From Candidatus Aenigmatarchaeota archaeon (GTDB lineage: Archaea > Aenigmatarchaeota > Aenigmatarchaeia > CG10238-14 > SCSR01), in assembly GCA_016181005.1 (NCBI GenBank), contig JACPAE010000001.1, forward strand, positions 90,508-154,507: a stretch of 64,000 nucleotides of DNA, given 5' to 3'. The position numbers were made by a program, and so were the translations under genes. Position 1 is the first letter of the stretch. Each line of letters begins with the position of its first letter. Below, in pieces: positions 1 through 9,272 of this stretch. Below the pieces are notes generated by a model. The model was not told the origin of the DNA, did not search any database, and saw only the letters and a list, made by a program, of their open reading frames with translations.

Positions 1-1903
1 GCAGGGATATGAAATAAACTATAGCGCTGTAGAGCAGTATCTTTGCGACATTCAACCTCTTCAGCAAACTCTCATCACCGTTGGTTATCGTGCTTGACGA
101 CACGGCTATCAGCGTGGCAATCTCTACAAGGTAGACTCCTACAATCAGCTGGAATGCGTGGACAGGAAGTATCGAGCCGATGTTGAAGATGGACTGGAAA
201 ATTCCCGAGCCTATGTCGCTGGCAGGACCCAGCGCCGAGCCTAGGCTCCCATAAATGTTCTTTATCGATTCCCCTAAACTGACAAGCAGCCTTGTCATTA
301 TTGCTGCCAGTGTCACGACAACTCCGGCGCTCAGTGGCGCAAGGACAATGGCCTGCGTGTTCATCGTCGACGTCACGTCCTCCATCATGTTCTTCAAATC
401 CTCATTCACCTCCCGCATGTCCTTCAGGTACTTGGAGATTATCACCATGGACTTGGACGCGCTCTGCATCCCCTTCTGCGACGTCTCGACAACAACATTC
501 ATTATCGCCTCTATGAGCGTTGAAGGGTAGTATCTTATCGCGCCGTACTGCTTGTCGAACACCGCGCCCTCGAAAGTCATGCCGAACGTCTTTATGTTGT
601 AGAGTATCTTGTCGAAAAAGTCAGATATCTTCATGTTCTTCGTCTGCTCCTTGGACCTCTTGAGTGCAGTCTCTAGAGGAATCCCCCTCATCATCAGGCT
701 GCCGAGCTGGAACAATGCCTCTGCGAACTCGCCCTCTATATCTGCGATCTCCTGCCTTATCTTCAGCTTCCTTCTCACGGAAAGATAGGAATAGCTTATG
801 ATGCCGGCGAATATCCCAAGAGTCACAAGCATCGAGTAAACCATCAGCTCAAAGCTGAAAATCTCCTTGGCGCCGATTAACTTCGAGATTCCGAAGCCGA
901 TAAGCGGCAGCGACACCAAAACAGGAATTATGTACGGCTTTTCGTAGAACTTGTCCACCGCGAACTGCGGGTGCTTCCTCAAGTCGGGCTGGTGGAAGCT
1001 GTACGGCCTCCTCTCAAGATAGCTCGACATCAGGAAAAACACTATCAGCGGCAGGAAAACGTCGTAGCCGATCACAAGCAGCACCGGCTTTACAATCTCC
1101 GGGAGGAATATGCTTACCACAGGAAAGAACACCAGGCCTATTATCGGCAGGAGTATCCCCAATGCATTCAGAATCGTCACAGGCTCCTTCATCTCCCTTG
1201 CATATCCTTTCATCCTCTCCTTTGTGCCTTCCAGTATCACAGAAACAGCCTCGTCCAAAAACCTTTCGCGCTTTAGCTGCGATTCAGCGCTGGAGTTCTT
1301 TATCAGATACAGCGCTGTGGCGAACTCCTTGTTCTCCCTCTCCCATTTCTTGATGAAGACTTCAAGCGCGTCCTCTATCCTGTCGTACTTTCTGGTGTAG
1401 ACGCTCCACAAAAGCTCGCGCAGGTCCTTGGCCAGCGCCCCCTTGAGGTTCCTTGACGCAAACTTTACCGAATTCTCCAAGTTGGCCGACAGATGCATGG
1501 AGATGCTCATGTAGATTGCTGCAAGAACCATTTCTGAAGACGCATTTATCCTAAAGCTGGTGGCATAACGGATCGGGTACGATGCTAGGAAGTAGAATGT
1601 CATCGACGCTATTGTCAGGGAGAGAATTGTTGTCGAAAGTGAAAACGAGTCCAGCGATATAAGCAATGTCAATGACGCTGCAAAAATCATCAGTGTTGCA
1701 ACAATTGAAAGAGTGATTGCCCCCTTCGGCGTAATCTTCAGGTGGGAGAATTCTATTGCCTCGCTGTATTTTGACTCCAGACCTTTGGGCAGGAATACAG
1801 GCAGGAACTCTGATATTTCGCAAAGCCTTTCGTAAATGGAAAGCTTCCTTGCCAACTGCTCCTCCTGCAGGAACTTTTCATAGTCTCTTGAAATTGCCGG
1901 CAC
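1..1903 (-). CDS. FlaJ/TadC-like polytopic membrane platform protein (type IV pilus/archaellum assembly); 3' end runs off window start
   Basis: Manual minus-strand translation from a GTG at 1903 is open to coordinate 1 (>630 aa) with no stop, and has many TM helices. It is missing from the ORF table because it has no in-window stop. It lies beside the VirB11/FlaI-type ATPase. Confidence 0.55.
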   Translation of the reverse strand, partial: MPAISRDYEKFLQEEQLARKLSIYERLCEISEFLPVFLPKGLESKYSEAIEFSHLKITPKGAITLSIVATLMIFAASLTLLISLDSFSLSTTILSLTIASMTFYFLASYPIRYATSFRINASSEMVLAAIYMSISMHLSANLENSVKFASRNLKGALAKDLRELLWSVYTRKYDRIEDALEVFIKKWERENKEFATALYLIKNSSAESQLKRERFLDEAVSVILEGTKERMKGYAREMKEPVTILNALGILLPIIGLVFFPVVSIFLPEIVKPVLLVIGYDVFLPLIVFFLMSSYLERRPYSFHQPDLRKHPQFAVDKFYEKPYIIPVLVSLPLIGFGISKLIGAKEIFSFELMVYSMLVTLGIFAGIISYSYLSVRRKLKIRQEIADIEGEFAEALFQLGSLMMRGIPLETALKRSKEQTKNMKISDFFDKILYNIKTFGMTFEGAVFDKQYGAIRYYPSTLIEAIMNVVVETSQKGMQSASKSMVIISKYLKDMREVNEDLKNMMEDVTSTMNTQAIVLAPLSAGVVVTLAAIMTRLLVSLGESIKNIYGSLGSALGPASDIGSGIFQSIFNIGSILPVHAFQLIVGVYLVEIATLIAVSSSTITNGDESLLKRLNVAKILLYSAIVYFISL

Positions 1904-1933
1904 AATTAAAGATTGTCTTTATTCAGGCATAAG

Positions 1934-2239
1934 TTAAGGCGTCGTCGGCTTGCTGCAGCCTGAAAAGCTAGTGCCTTGGATCGGCTCCCAGCCAGGAATT
2001 ATTGAACTGCAGAATTTATAGCACTCGTCGTTCTCGAATTGCTTGCCGCATTTTGTCTTTATCTTGTCCCAATTCTCCTGCGTCTGGAAAGTGCAGAACC
2101 GAATCTTGACTGCGATGCACTCGGCCTCGTTCGTGCCCTGGCGCCCTTGTCCGCCTGCATAAAAGAACCAATAGCCGAGCAGCGCTATTACTGCAACTCC
2201 CAAAACAATTGCTACGATGTAATTAACCGCGCCTTTCAT
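1934..2239 (-). CDS. small Cys-rich membrane-anchored protein, candidate class III signal-peptide (type IV) pilin
   Basis: Internal ATG gives MKG|AVNYIVAIVLGVAVIALLGYWFF: a short basic N-terminus, Gly, then a hydrophobic helix. The C-terminal half carries more than 6 Cys. It sits between the ATPase and the platform gene. Confidence 0.35.
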   Translation of the reverse strand: MKGAVNYIVAIVLGVAVIALLGYWFFYAGGQGRQGTNEAECIAVKIRFCTFQTQENWDKIKTKCGKQFENDECYKFCSSIIPGWEPIQGTSFSGCSKPTTP

Positions 2240-2256
2240 AATATCACTTCTGCCAT

Positions 2257-4116
2257 CTATTTGATTCTTCCCTTGAACCAGTTCAGCCACTTGTCGTAAA
2301 TCATCTTGGAATCCATAGCTCCTATTTCCTCCCTTACCTGCTCTGAAATCAAATGGAACATGGAGTTGGACTCGACAGCATACTCGGCCTCAAGGATGTT
2401 TGGGTTGGTTTGGCCGGCCAGTTCAACCATCGTTTCTTTAATCTTCGCCCTCAGCAGGATGTTGTCCCATACTGCATCCCATCGGCCTCTCCACTCCCTC
2501 ACTCTTTTCGCAATCTCGTTCAAGACTTCAGACTCGCCGTCTATCAAAGTGTCTGTCGGCTTTAGCGTGTCCTCCTTTGCCGAATACTCCATCAAATTAA
2601 CAAACCCTCCTTCGTCCATGGGATCGTTCTTCCAGTTTTTCCTTATCTCGGTCAATTCAGTGACCCTTCTGAACCTGTGAAGGCCGTCGGGGGATTTCAG
2701 CTGGTTGCACACTGTGATTAAATCCAGCGCCTTGAAGCTTGTCGGCGGCACGCCTAAATCATGGACAACCCTGTCATAAACGCCGTAAGCTGATTCCCCG
2801 TGAATTGTGCCGGCGACGACATTCGCCAATGCCCCAATTCTCATGGCCTCGAACAATGCAAGGCTTTCCACGCTCCTAACCTCGCCGATTATAAGAACAG
2901 AATCTCCCAATCTCAACGCAGTCCTCAACGCCTCGTCTGCAGGCAACTCAGTTTCCACTTTTGTAATTACAGAGCGGGATTTCATTCTTTCAATGTTGTA
3001 GCCGAGCCTTCTCATGTCAGCGACTGCGATTTCTAAAGTGTCTTCCGAGGAGACTACTCTGAATTTCGGCAGGATGTCGAGCATTAGTGCATTAAGCAGG
3101 GAAGTTTTTCCCGAGCCTCGACCGCCTGCGACAAGCAGCGCCCTTCCGCCGTCGATGACAAAGCTCATCACTCCTGAATACAACGGGTCTATCATTTTGT
3201 GCTTGATGAAGAGCGGAATAGTCCAAGGCCTTTCCCTGTGCCTTCGGAAAGCGAATGCCAGGCCTTCCGGCGACAGCGTCCTTGTAATTGCAGCAACCCT
3301 TGCCTTTCCTCCAGGAACAACCAGCTCTGTGTCAAGCACCGGGTTTGATTCGTCCAGAGGCCTGCCGGAGAAAAGCCTGAATCTTGTCGCCCATGCGTCT
3401 GCGTCCTCCATCGTCGGCATTAAGTTTGTCTCGCACTCCTCATAATCAGAATGCAAAATGAATATCGGCACGGTGCCTATCGGCGAGTTTACAAACACGT
3501 CCTGGATTTTCTCGTCCGATAGCAGAAGCTCAAGAACTCCATAGCCTGCAGTGTATCGCGAAAGTATGTTCGCCAGCTCGTCTATCTCTGCCGAAGAAAG
3601 GTTGACGTTCATGCTCTGCGCGATGTCGCGCACCAAGTCCCTCCCAAGATTCTTGAAGAGCTCGCGCGATTTTTCCGGCTCTACAGTTTCTGCTTCCGTT
3701 GGTCTGTGGGACGCGAGATACCTTCGCGCAGAATCCAGGATCGAATATTTTTCGTCGCTGAGGACAAACTCCTTCGGCGTTATATGATAAAGATAACGCA
3801 CCTTGCCGAGCAGCTTGTAAATTTCCACCTCGGCCCCCTTTATGCTGTACTTTTCAAGCAGCCTTGCGCCCTTCGGTATCGACAGCATGAACCTTGTGAG
3901 CATAAAGTTCGGCTTGACTGTCGGCGAGAATAATTCGCGGTAGATGTCCCTGCTTCCAAGCTGGTAGTTTTGCAGTACCGGCATGGATTTTTTAATCAGA
4001 GCTGTCCCCTCAAGCATGTTCTTTATCGGCACTAGAGCATTGTTCAAATAATGGACGAACGCCATTCTCTGCTCCAGCGGAGCCGTGTTCTCAAGAACCT
4101 TGTTCGCGTTCACCAT
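2257..4116 (-). CDS. FlaI/ArlI / VirB11-family secretion ATPase (type IV pilus/archaellum assembly ATPase, long form)
   Basis: Walker A is AGGRGSGKTSLLNAL, and DSVLIIGEVR is a Walker-B/Asp-box-like motif typical of T2SS/T4P ATPases. The table ORF starts with GTG at 4122; the ATG at 4116 is the likely start. Confidence 0.85.
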   Translation of the reverse strand: MVNANKVLENTAPLEQRMAFVHYLNNALVPIKNMLEGTALIKKSMPVLQNYQLGSRDIYRELFSPTVKPNFMLTRFMLSIPKGARLLEKYSIKGAEVEIYKLLGKVRYLYHITPKEFVLSDEKYSILDSARRYLASHRPTEAETVEPEKSRELFKNLGRDLVRDIAQSMNVNLSSAEIDELANILSRYTAGYGVLELLLSDEKIQDVFVNSPIGTVPIFILHSDYEECETNLMPTMEDADAWATRFRLFSGRPLDESNPVLDTELVVPGGKARVAAITRTLSPEGLAFAFRRHRERPWTIPLFIKHKMIDPLYSGVMSFVIDGGRALLVAGGRGSGKTSLLNALMLDILPKFRVVSSEDTLEIAVADMRRLGYNIERMKSRSVITKVETELPADEALRTALRLGDSVLIIGEVRSVESLALFEAMRIGALANVVAGTIHGESAYGVYDRVVHDLGVPPTSFKALDLITVCNQLKSPDGLHRFRRVTELTEIRKNWKNDPMDEGGFVNLMEYSAKEDTLKPTDTLIDGESEVLNEIAKRVREWRGRWDAVWDNILLRAKIKETMVELAGQTNPNILEAEYAVESNSMFHLISEQVREEIGAMDSKMIYDKWLNWFKGRIK

Positions 4117-4471
4117 CTTCACGATTCTCTTTCCTCAAAACTTCCAGAACTAGAAATTGCAAGTCACCAAGCCTTTTTGGAACTAATTTTTCGAACTGGG
4201 GCGGCGCCATGTTCTTCATGCTTAGAATCTTGTCGACGTTGACAATCCTGTTGTAGACATCCGCGATTTCCCTCAGCATCCTTGTCTGCTCCTCGTCGTA
4301 CTCGTTCTCGCGCGCCTCAACCAATGCAACCCTAATGGCATCGGGCACCTGCAGGAGCTTGTCAATAACAATCGCCATCGTGGCTTCCGAGTCCTCCACG
4401 CTCGGCGCTATCGCCCAGTTGATGCAGTTGATCCTTATCACATTATTGACGACTTCGTACTCTACAGCCAT
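4091..4471 (-). CDS. hypothetical protein, first gene of the ATPase operon
   Basis: 126-aa ORF directly upstream of the ATPase on the same strand. No recognisable motif. Confidence 0.35.
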   Translation of the reverse strand: MAVEYEVVNNVIRINCINWAIAPSVEDSEATMAIVIDKLLQVPDAIRVALVEARENEYDEEQTRMLREIADVYNRIVNVDKILSMKNMAPPQFEKLVPKRLGDLQFLVLEVLRKENREDGEREQGS

Positions 4472-4515
4472 TATACCCTATTATTTTATCTGTTTTCTAT
4501 AACAAATCTTTTATA

Positions 4516-4944
4516 ATGGCCATCCCAGACCCCACTAGAATACTGCAGTTCGAACAGCACGGCGACATCACAAGGCTTGCCGAAGAGCTTGTAAAAAGAC
4601 TAAATGAAAATACGAGAAGGATAAGGATTGTGGAGCAGAGGATGGACAGGATGGACAATTCTATCAATGCTTTGGAGGACAACACGCTGAACCAGCTTAA
4701 CGACTTGAAGATGTTTTTGGAGAAGATAACCGACAGGCTTGTGTCGCTTTCGGAGAAGCTTGTGGGGATAGAGAGCGAGATTTTGCGGCTGAGCAAGGAG
4801 CTGTCGAAGACTGCGACTAAAAGGGAGTTTAAGGAAATAGAGACCTACATGGAGCTCATCAACCCTGTGACCGCAAAGTACGTGACGAAGGACGAGATGG
4901 AAAGGTACATAAGTTTGAAAATACCCAAGGCGAAGAAGGCTTAG
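4516..4944 (+). CDS. coiled-coil protein
   Basis: 142 aa with heptad-like, charge-rich repeats. Divergent from the ATPase operon. Confidence 0.45.
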   Translation: MAIPDPTRILQFEQHGDITRLAEELVKRLNENTRRIRIVEQRMDRMDNSINALEDNTLNQLNDLKMFLEKITDRLVSLSEKLVGIESEILRLSKELSKTATKREFKEIETYMELINPVTAKYVTKDEMERYISLKIPKAKKA

Positions 4945-4981
4945 CTTTATGTTCAGGTAAAATTAAACTAATTACAGTGAA

Positions 4982-5617
4982 ATGATGGCTTTGCCTTTTC
5001 TTAAATCGAAACCCAAAGTTGCCCCGGTTGATAGGGTAAAGGAATTGAGCGGGAAGGGGTTTTCAGATTCCGAGATTGTCGACATTTTAAGGAAGGATGG
5101 ATATCAGGCATCGGAGGTCGACGCCGCTTTGACGCAGTCCATGAGGTACGAGGCCACCAGGTCGCAGACGACGGAAAGGAGCGAACTTGAGCTGCCAACC
5201 TTGGAGGACATCACGCCGGAGACAAAGCCCCAGATGCCGCAGATACCGGAGACTTCGCTGCCACAGCAGTACTACCAGGAGCAGGCGCAGCAGTTCCCGA
5301 CAGAGGAGTATGTCGATTATATAGTCCAGGCTAGGATGGGGGAGCTTAACGAGAAGATTGTGGAAGTTTCTGTCAAAATCCAGGGTTTTGAAAAGAGGCT
5401 CACCGAACTAGGCGACAGGATAAATGAAATCCTTAGCTTGAGGAATGCGGAGCAGACGCAGATTTTGAGCAGGATAGACACATTCAAGGACAGCGCTGGC
5501 GGCGTGGAGACGAGGATTGGAGCGCTGGAGAAGGCTTTCAGGCAGACATTGCCGGCGTTGATAGAATCTGTAAGGGCGTTAAGCGATTTGGTCCAGAGGA
5601 TGAAATCGGAAGCTTAA
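4982..5617 (+). CDS. coiled-coil protein with small N-terminal helical domain and Pro/Gln-rich linker
   Basis: 211 aa. The N-terminus is GKGFSDSEIVDILRKDGY, followed by a PQ-rich linker and a long coiled-coil C-terminal half. Confidence 0.5.
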   Translation: MMALPFLKSKPKVAPVDRVKELSGKGFSDSEIVDILRKDGYQASEVDAALTQSMRYEATRSQTTERSELELPTLEDITPETKPQMPQIPETSLPQQYYQEQAQQFPTEEYVDYIVQARMGELNEKIVEVSVKIQGFEKRLTELGDRINEILSLRNAEQTQILSRIDTFKDSAGGVETRIGALEKAFRQTLPALIESVRALSDLVQRMKSEA

Positions 5618-5643
5618 GACATTCAAACACCAATTAAGATAAA

Positions 5644-6150
5644 ATGGCAGTTCCTATAGAGACTTTCATAAGCGAGAACTTTAAGATTTACCTGGTAACT
5701 CTCATAATACCGTTCCTGATTTTCTTCACGCTCTTCCTCTGGGCGCTTAAGCAGACGAGGCTGTTCGGCGGGAACAATTTCACATATGTCTTTCTTGCGG
5801 CGTCGTTCACCATTCTGATTTACGCGCTTCAGCCCAACACTTTCGCCTTCCTTGCAAGTTATCTGGCGCAGATAAGCATAGCGAGCAGCATGATAGTTTT
5901 CGTGGGATTGATTGCGCTTATATTCTGGGCTATTATTGTGAGGGGTGTCGGCATGGCTGAGAAGCTCAAGAGCGACGAGAAGAAGCTGGAAGACTTGAGG
6001 AGGCTGGAGTCCAGGCTAATGGAAAAGTTCAGCAGGGAGAGGAATGTTAAAAAGAGGTATGAGTTTAACTCAAAGCTAAACGAGATCGAGAGGGAGATGC
6101 AGATGTTGAACATAAGGATGAAGAAAAGGGCTAGGACTATTTACAGCTAG
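5644..6150 (+). CDS. membrane protein with C-terminal coiled coil
   Basis: Three to four N-terminal TM helices are followed by a charged coiled-coil (EKLKSDEKKLEDLRRLESRL...). Confidence 0.5.
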   Translation: MAVPIETFISENFKIYLVTLIIPFLIFFTLFLWALKQTRLFGGNNFTYVFLAASFTILIYALQPNTFAFLASYLAQISIASSMIVFVGLIALIFWAIIVRGVGMAEKLKSDEKKLEDLRRLESRLMEKFSRERNVKKRYEFNSKLNEIEREMQMLNIRMKKRARTIYS

Positions 6151-6190
6151 TTGCTTTAAATTTTTAGTAAACTAACTTATTTTAGAGAGA

Positions 6191-6733
6191 ATGGCAACCG
6201 ATGTATTCCGCATAGCTGTCGAGCAGCTGCTGGCGCTGGGCTTTTACGAGTTCGTGTTGCCGTTCATCCTGTTCTCCACTGTCCTTTATGCGATGCTAAG
6301 GAAGACGCAGATACTCGGGGATTCGATAGTGATACATGCAATCGTCTCTATGGGTGTCGGCCTGTTCATATTCGCGCTGCCGGTGATAATCGGAGTGGGA
6401 ATCGTGCCTGCGCTGACCAGATTTTTCGCCCAGATGTCAATATTGATGATCGTGCTTGTGTTTTCGTTTCTTGTGGCAAGCTTCTTCTACCCGAATATCG
6501 TGGAGAGGCTGCCGGAAATAGTCAAGACCAGCGGGCCGCTTCAGTTCATAATTTACATGATAATCGGCGTTGCCGGATTCCTGGGACTTTTCAGCGTATC
6601 ATCTGACTATCTGAACTATCTGATAAGAATCTCCGGCGTCAACTTTGAGCTTGTGGCAATGTCGGGAGTTGTGTTAGTTTCCTTGGTTGTGTTCCTGCTT
6701 GTGGCTATGGCAATGTCAAAGGAGGTTTCATAA
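6191..6733 (+). CDS. integral membrane protein (paralogue A)
   Basis: 180 aa and polytopic. The N-terminal motif LALGFYEFVLPFIL is shared with the next gene. Confidence 0.5.
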   Translation: MATDVFRIAVEQLLALGFYEFVLPFILFSTVLYAMLRKTQILGDSIVIHAIVSMGVGLFIFALPVIIGVGIVPALTRFFAQMSILMIVLVFSFLVASFFYPNIVERLPEIVKTSGPLQFIIYMIIGVAGFLGLFSVSSDYLNYLIRISGVNFELVAMSGVVLVSLVVFLLVAMAMSKEVS

Positions 6734-7272
6734 TGCCGACGTTTTTCGAGACAGCGGTATTGAAATTGAACGAGCTTGGATTCTTCAAGTTCCTGCTGCC
6801 GTTCATCCTGACCGCGGCAATCATTTACGGGGGGCTGAGAAGGTCGCAGATTTTCGGCGATCCGGACAGGAACGTTGCTGTGAACGCCGTCATATCGTTT
6901 GTCGTCAGCCTGTTTGTCTGGGCGACTCCCATAATCCTCGGTGTCGACATACAGACAAGGCTTACGGCGTTCTTCGTTCAGGGATTTGTCGTGTCGCTGG
7001 TTGTTCTTTTCGGGTTGCTGATAGCCGGCATGTTCTTCCCGCCTGACCTGGCGAAGAGCTTGGGTGAGAAGATAAAGTCAGGATACTTCTGGGGTGCAAT
7101 CATCATACTCAGCTTCCTTGTGATAGGAGTAGTCGCGGTGTCCAGTGGGTTGGCGACTGTGATGTTTCCGGAAGGAGTCGGTGCAGGAATTCCGTCTGAC
7201 CTATTTATATCTGCGGGAATAATTTTATTATTGGTTGTGAGTGTTGCTTTCATTGTTCAAACGGCAAAGTGA
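6733..7272 (+). CDS. integral membrane protein (paralogue B, tandem duplicate)
   Basis: 179 aa. LNELGFFKFLLPFIL is colinear with paralogue A. Start and stop overlap the neighbours, consistent with an operon. Confidence 0.5.
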   Translation: MPTFFETAVLKLNELGFFKFLLPFILTAAIIYGGLRRSQIFGDPDRNVAVNAVISFVVSLFVWATPIILGVDIQTRLTAFFVQGFVVSLVVLFGLLIAGMFFPPDLAKSLGEKIKSGYFWGAIIILSFLVIGVVAVSSGLATVMFPEGVGAGIPSDLFISAGIILLLVVSVAFIVQTAK

Positions 7273-7276
7273 ACCT

Positions 7277-7369
7277 ATGAACAGAAGAATTTCAAGCGTT
7301 GTGATTGGCGTTGTCAGCCTTTTGATGTTCTCCACTCTTGTTTTTGCGCAGACAGGCTTTGACGACTGA
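7277..7369 (+). CDS. 30-aa micro-ORF, signal-peptide-like / single-TM peptide (MNRRISSVVIGVVSLLMFSTLVFAQTGFDD)
   Basis: ATG sits 5 nt after the upstream stop, and its TGA overlaps the downstream ATG (tgATGa). It is below the ORF-table length cutoff. Confidence 0.3.
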   Translation: MNRRISSVVIGVVSLLMFSTLVFAQTGFDD

Positions 7370-7839
7370 TGAGGTCGAAGATTTTCGGCGAAAAGGGCGG
7401 CATTCCAATCGTCATTGCGCTTGCAGCGGCGGCGTACATAACTGTTTACACGCCAGTAGGCATTTCGTTCAGCCAGTTCCTTGCGAATTTCGTAGGCAAC
7501 ACGATGGTGGTTATTCTTACCTTGCTGGCAGTTTTAATGATGGCTGCAATGCTTAAGACCGGAGGTATAGACTTCGCTGGCATGTTCGCGGGAAATACTT
7601 TATGGGTGGCTTTGATTTTCCTACTTTTGATAGTGTTCGGTGTTTTCATCGCAAGCGGCGGGGCTTCTATATTCCCTGGTTTGAATTTGCTCCCTACCGA
7701 GACATTCAGGACAATAGGTGGAGCTGACACGACCACAGTGGCGCTGATTCTTCTGGTATTTGGAACCGGCTTAATTATCCTTCTGGTCACCAGAGGAAAT
7801 GGTGGTGGGGCTGGTGCTGGCGGACCTCCTCGTCCGTAA
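7369..7839 (+). CDS. membrane protein with Gly-rich C-terminal tail
   Basis: 156 aa with 4 TM helices. The C-terminus is RGNGGGAGAGGPPRP. Confidence 0.45.
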   Translation: MRSKIFGEKGGIPIVIALAAAAYITVYTPVGISFSQFLANFVGNTMVVILTLLAVLMMAAMLKTGGIDFAGMFAGNTLWVALIFLLLIVFGVFIASGGASIFPGLNLLPTETFRTIGGADTTTVALILLVFGTGLIILLVTRGNGGGAGAGGPPRP

Positions 7840-7879
7840 TCCACTGGCTTTATATACCAGTTCTGCATAATAGTTACTT

Positions 7880-8515
7880 ATGAGTGGCAATTTTAGGATG
7901 CTCACATCCAGCCTGTACGGTGGACCTACAATTCTTGTAGAGGATGGCGCGGATGCCACAAGGGTAAACGAGATCAGAAACACTATCGTAAAGCATGAGA
8001 ACGGTCTTGCAAATTTCATGAGCAGATATATACCAGGCGCAAGGAACCTTGTAAATAAGGGGGTTTACTACATACAAAGACTTGGTAGAAGGCTTGGCGG
8101 GCAATACAATCCAGCCACAGATAATTTGCAGATTAATGTCGACCAGAAGAGGGACTTTATGGACGAGTCTACTGCGCACGAGAAGATACACTTTTATCAG
8201 AAGGTTGGCGGTGCATTGGAAACTTACTGGAGCACTCTTGTGAAAAATCTGGGCTATGTTGGAGCGATGCTTTACAGGCCTATAATTGAGGGAGGAGCAT
8301 CCTACATGACGCAGAAATACAGAAATAGAGAAAGCCTAGATGCATATGAACATTATAGAGCTGGCGCTAGAGCTGTTGCAGAGAAACATGGCGAGGGCGT
8401 TTTGGTCAACCCGCCTAGAAATGAGAACAAGGTAATGCAAATAGCTAACACTTTCTTCAATGCAATGATGAGCTACATGAGAGGAAATCCCAGAAGGGCT
8501 TATGCTCTAGCCTAA
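7880..8515 (+). CDS. HExxH zincin-like protein, DUF4157-like
   Basis: GARNLV...GGQYNPAT...STAHEKIHFYQK resembles the DUF4157 signature (GARAFT...GxYxP...LLAHELTHVVQQ). The HExxH motif is seen directly. Confidence 0.45.
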   Translation: MSGNFRMLTSSLYGGPTILVEDGADATRVNEIRNTIVKHENGLANFMSRYIPGARNLVNKGVYYIQRLGRRLGGQYNPATDNLQINVDQKRDFMDESTAHEKIHFYQKVGGALETYWSTLVKNLGYVGAMLYRPIIEGGASYMTQKYRNRESLDAYEHYRAGARAVAEKHGEGVLVNPPRNENKVMQIANTFFNAMMSYMRGNPRRAYALA

Positions 8516-9244
8516 TGACTCCAAGAACTCGTTTTCCGAAAAGTGCAGTTTCCCGGGAATTATTATCACTGAAGGCGTGTCTTGTGACTTGACTTCTTCT
8601 GCAATTGTATATTCTATATGAGGCTTGTCGCTTCCGGCTTTGCCGAAAACAACAGCCTTGTCTTTTGCCGTAACGACTTTCCCTTTCAACAAAATTTCCA
8701 CAGCTTCCTTAGGCGTCATGTATTTATCATTCTCAGCCAAGACATCTAACAAACATAAAGTATGCAATCCGCGCTTCTTGTTTTCTTCGATAGTTTCAAA
8801 GATTGATTTTGATAATTTCCCTTTGGCTCTCTCAGGAAACGAGATTGTAACCGTCGGGCCGAATTTGTAAACATGAAGTCCTGTTTCCCCGATTGCAGAA
8901 AAGATGGAAGCATTGTGGATTATCTTTGTCTCTACTCCTGCTTTTCTTGCCTCAAGGATTAAAGCGGAATGAGTCGTCGCTATCAGAGGATCTCCCTGCA
9001 CAAATATCGAGATTGATTTTGCTTTCGATTCTTGGATTATCTTATTGGAATCGTCTTCCAAGTCTTTCCTTTCAAGCTGGATAATTTTTTTACCGACTAG
9101 ATTTTCCAGATTGGACAAGTTGCCGTGCCACTTTCCCGTATAGTTTTCTATGTAAACTTTGTCGGAATTTTTTGCTTCTTCTACAGCTCTGAGTGACAAA
9201 TCATTTTCGTCGAAAAGACCTAGGCCTATTAACGTGAGTGCCAT
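8507..9244 (-). CDS. dphB: diphthine synthase (diphthamide biosynthesis methyltransferase)
   Basis: MALTLIGLGL start, GDPLIATTH and LHVYKFG motifs of the tetrapyrrole-methylase-fold Dph5 family, about 245 aa. Confidence 0.85.
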   Translation of the reverse strand: MALTLIGLGLFDENDLSLRAVEEAKNSDKVYIENYTGKWHGNLSNLENLVGKKIIQLERKDLEDDSNKIIQESKAKSISIFVQGDPLIATTHSALILEARKAGVETKIIHNASIFSAIGETGLHVYKFGPTVTISFPERAKGKLSKSIFETIEENKKRGLHTLCLLDVLAENDKYMTPKEAVEILLKGKVVTAKDKAVVFGKAGSDKPHIEYTIAEEVKSQDTPSVIIIPGKLHFSENEFLESLG

Positions 9245-9272
9245 AATAAGACTTGGACGATAAAGCTAAAAG

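Noticed and set aside
255-1823. Plus- and minus-strand table ORFs of 60-118 aa in the first 1.9 kb
   Set aside because: All lie inside a long, protein-like minus-strand frame (the FlaJ-like gene) that is missing from the table only because it has no stop inside the window. Their sequences are low-complexity and not protein-like.
7790-7839. GGGAGAGG-encoding repeat at the end of the 7369-7839 gene as a nucleotide-level tandem repeat
   Set aside because: Short (ggtggtggggctggtgctggcgga), within a coding frame, giving a Gly/Ala tail. Not a repeat array.
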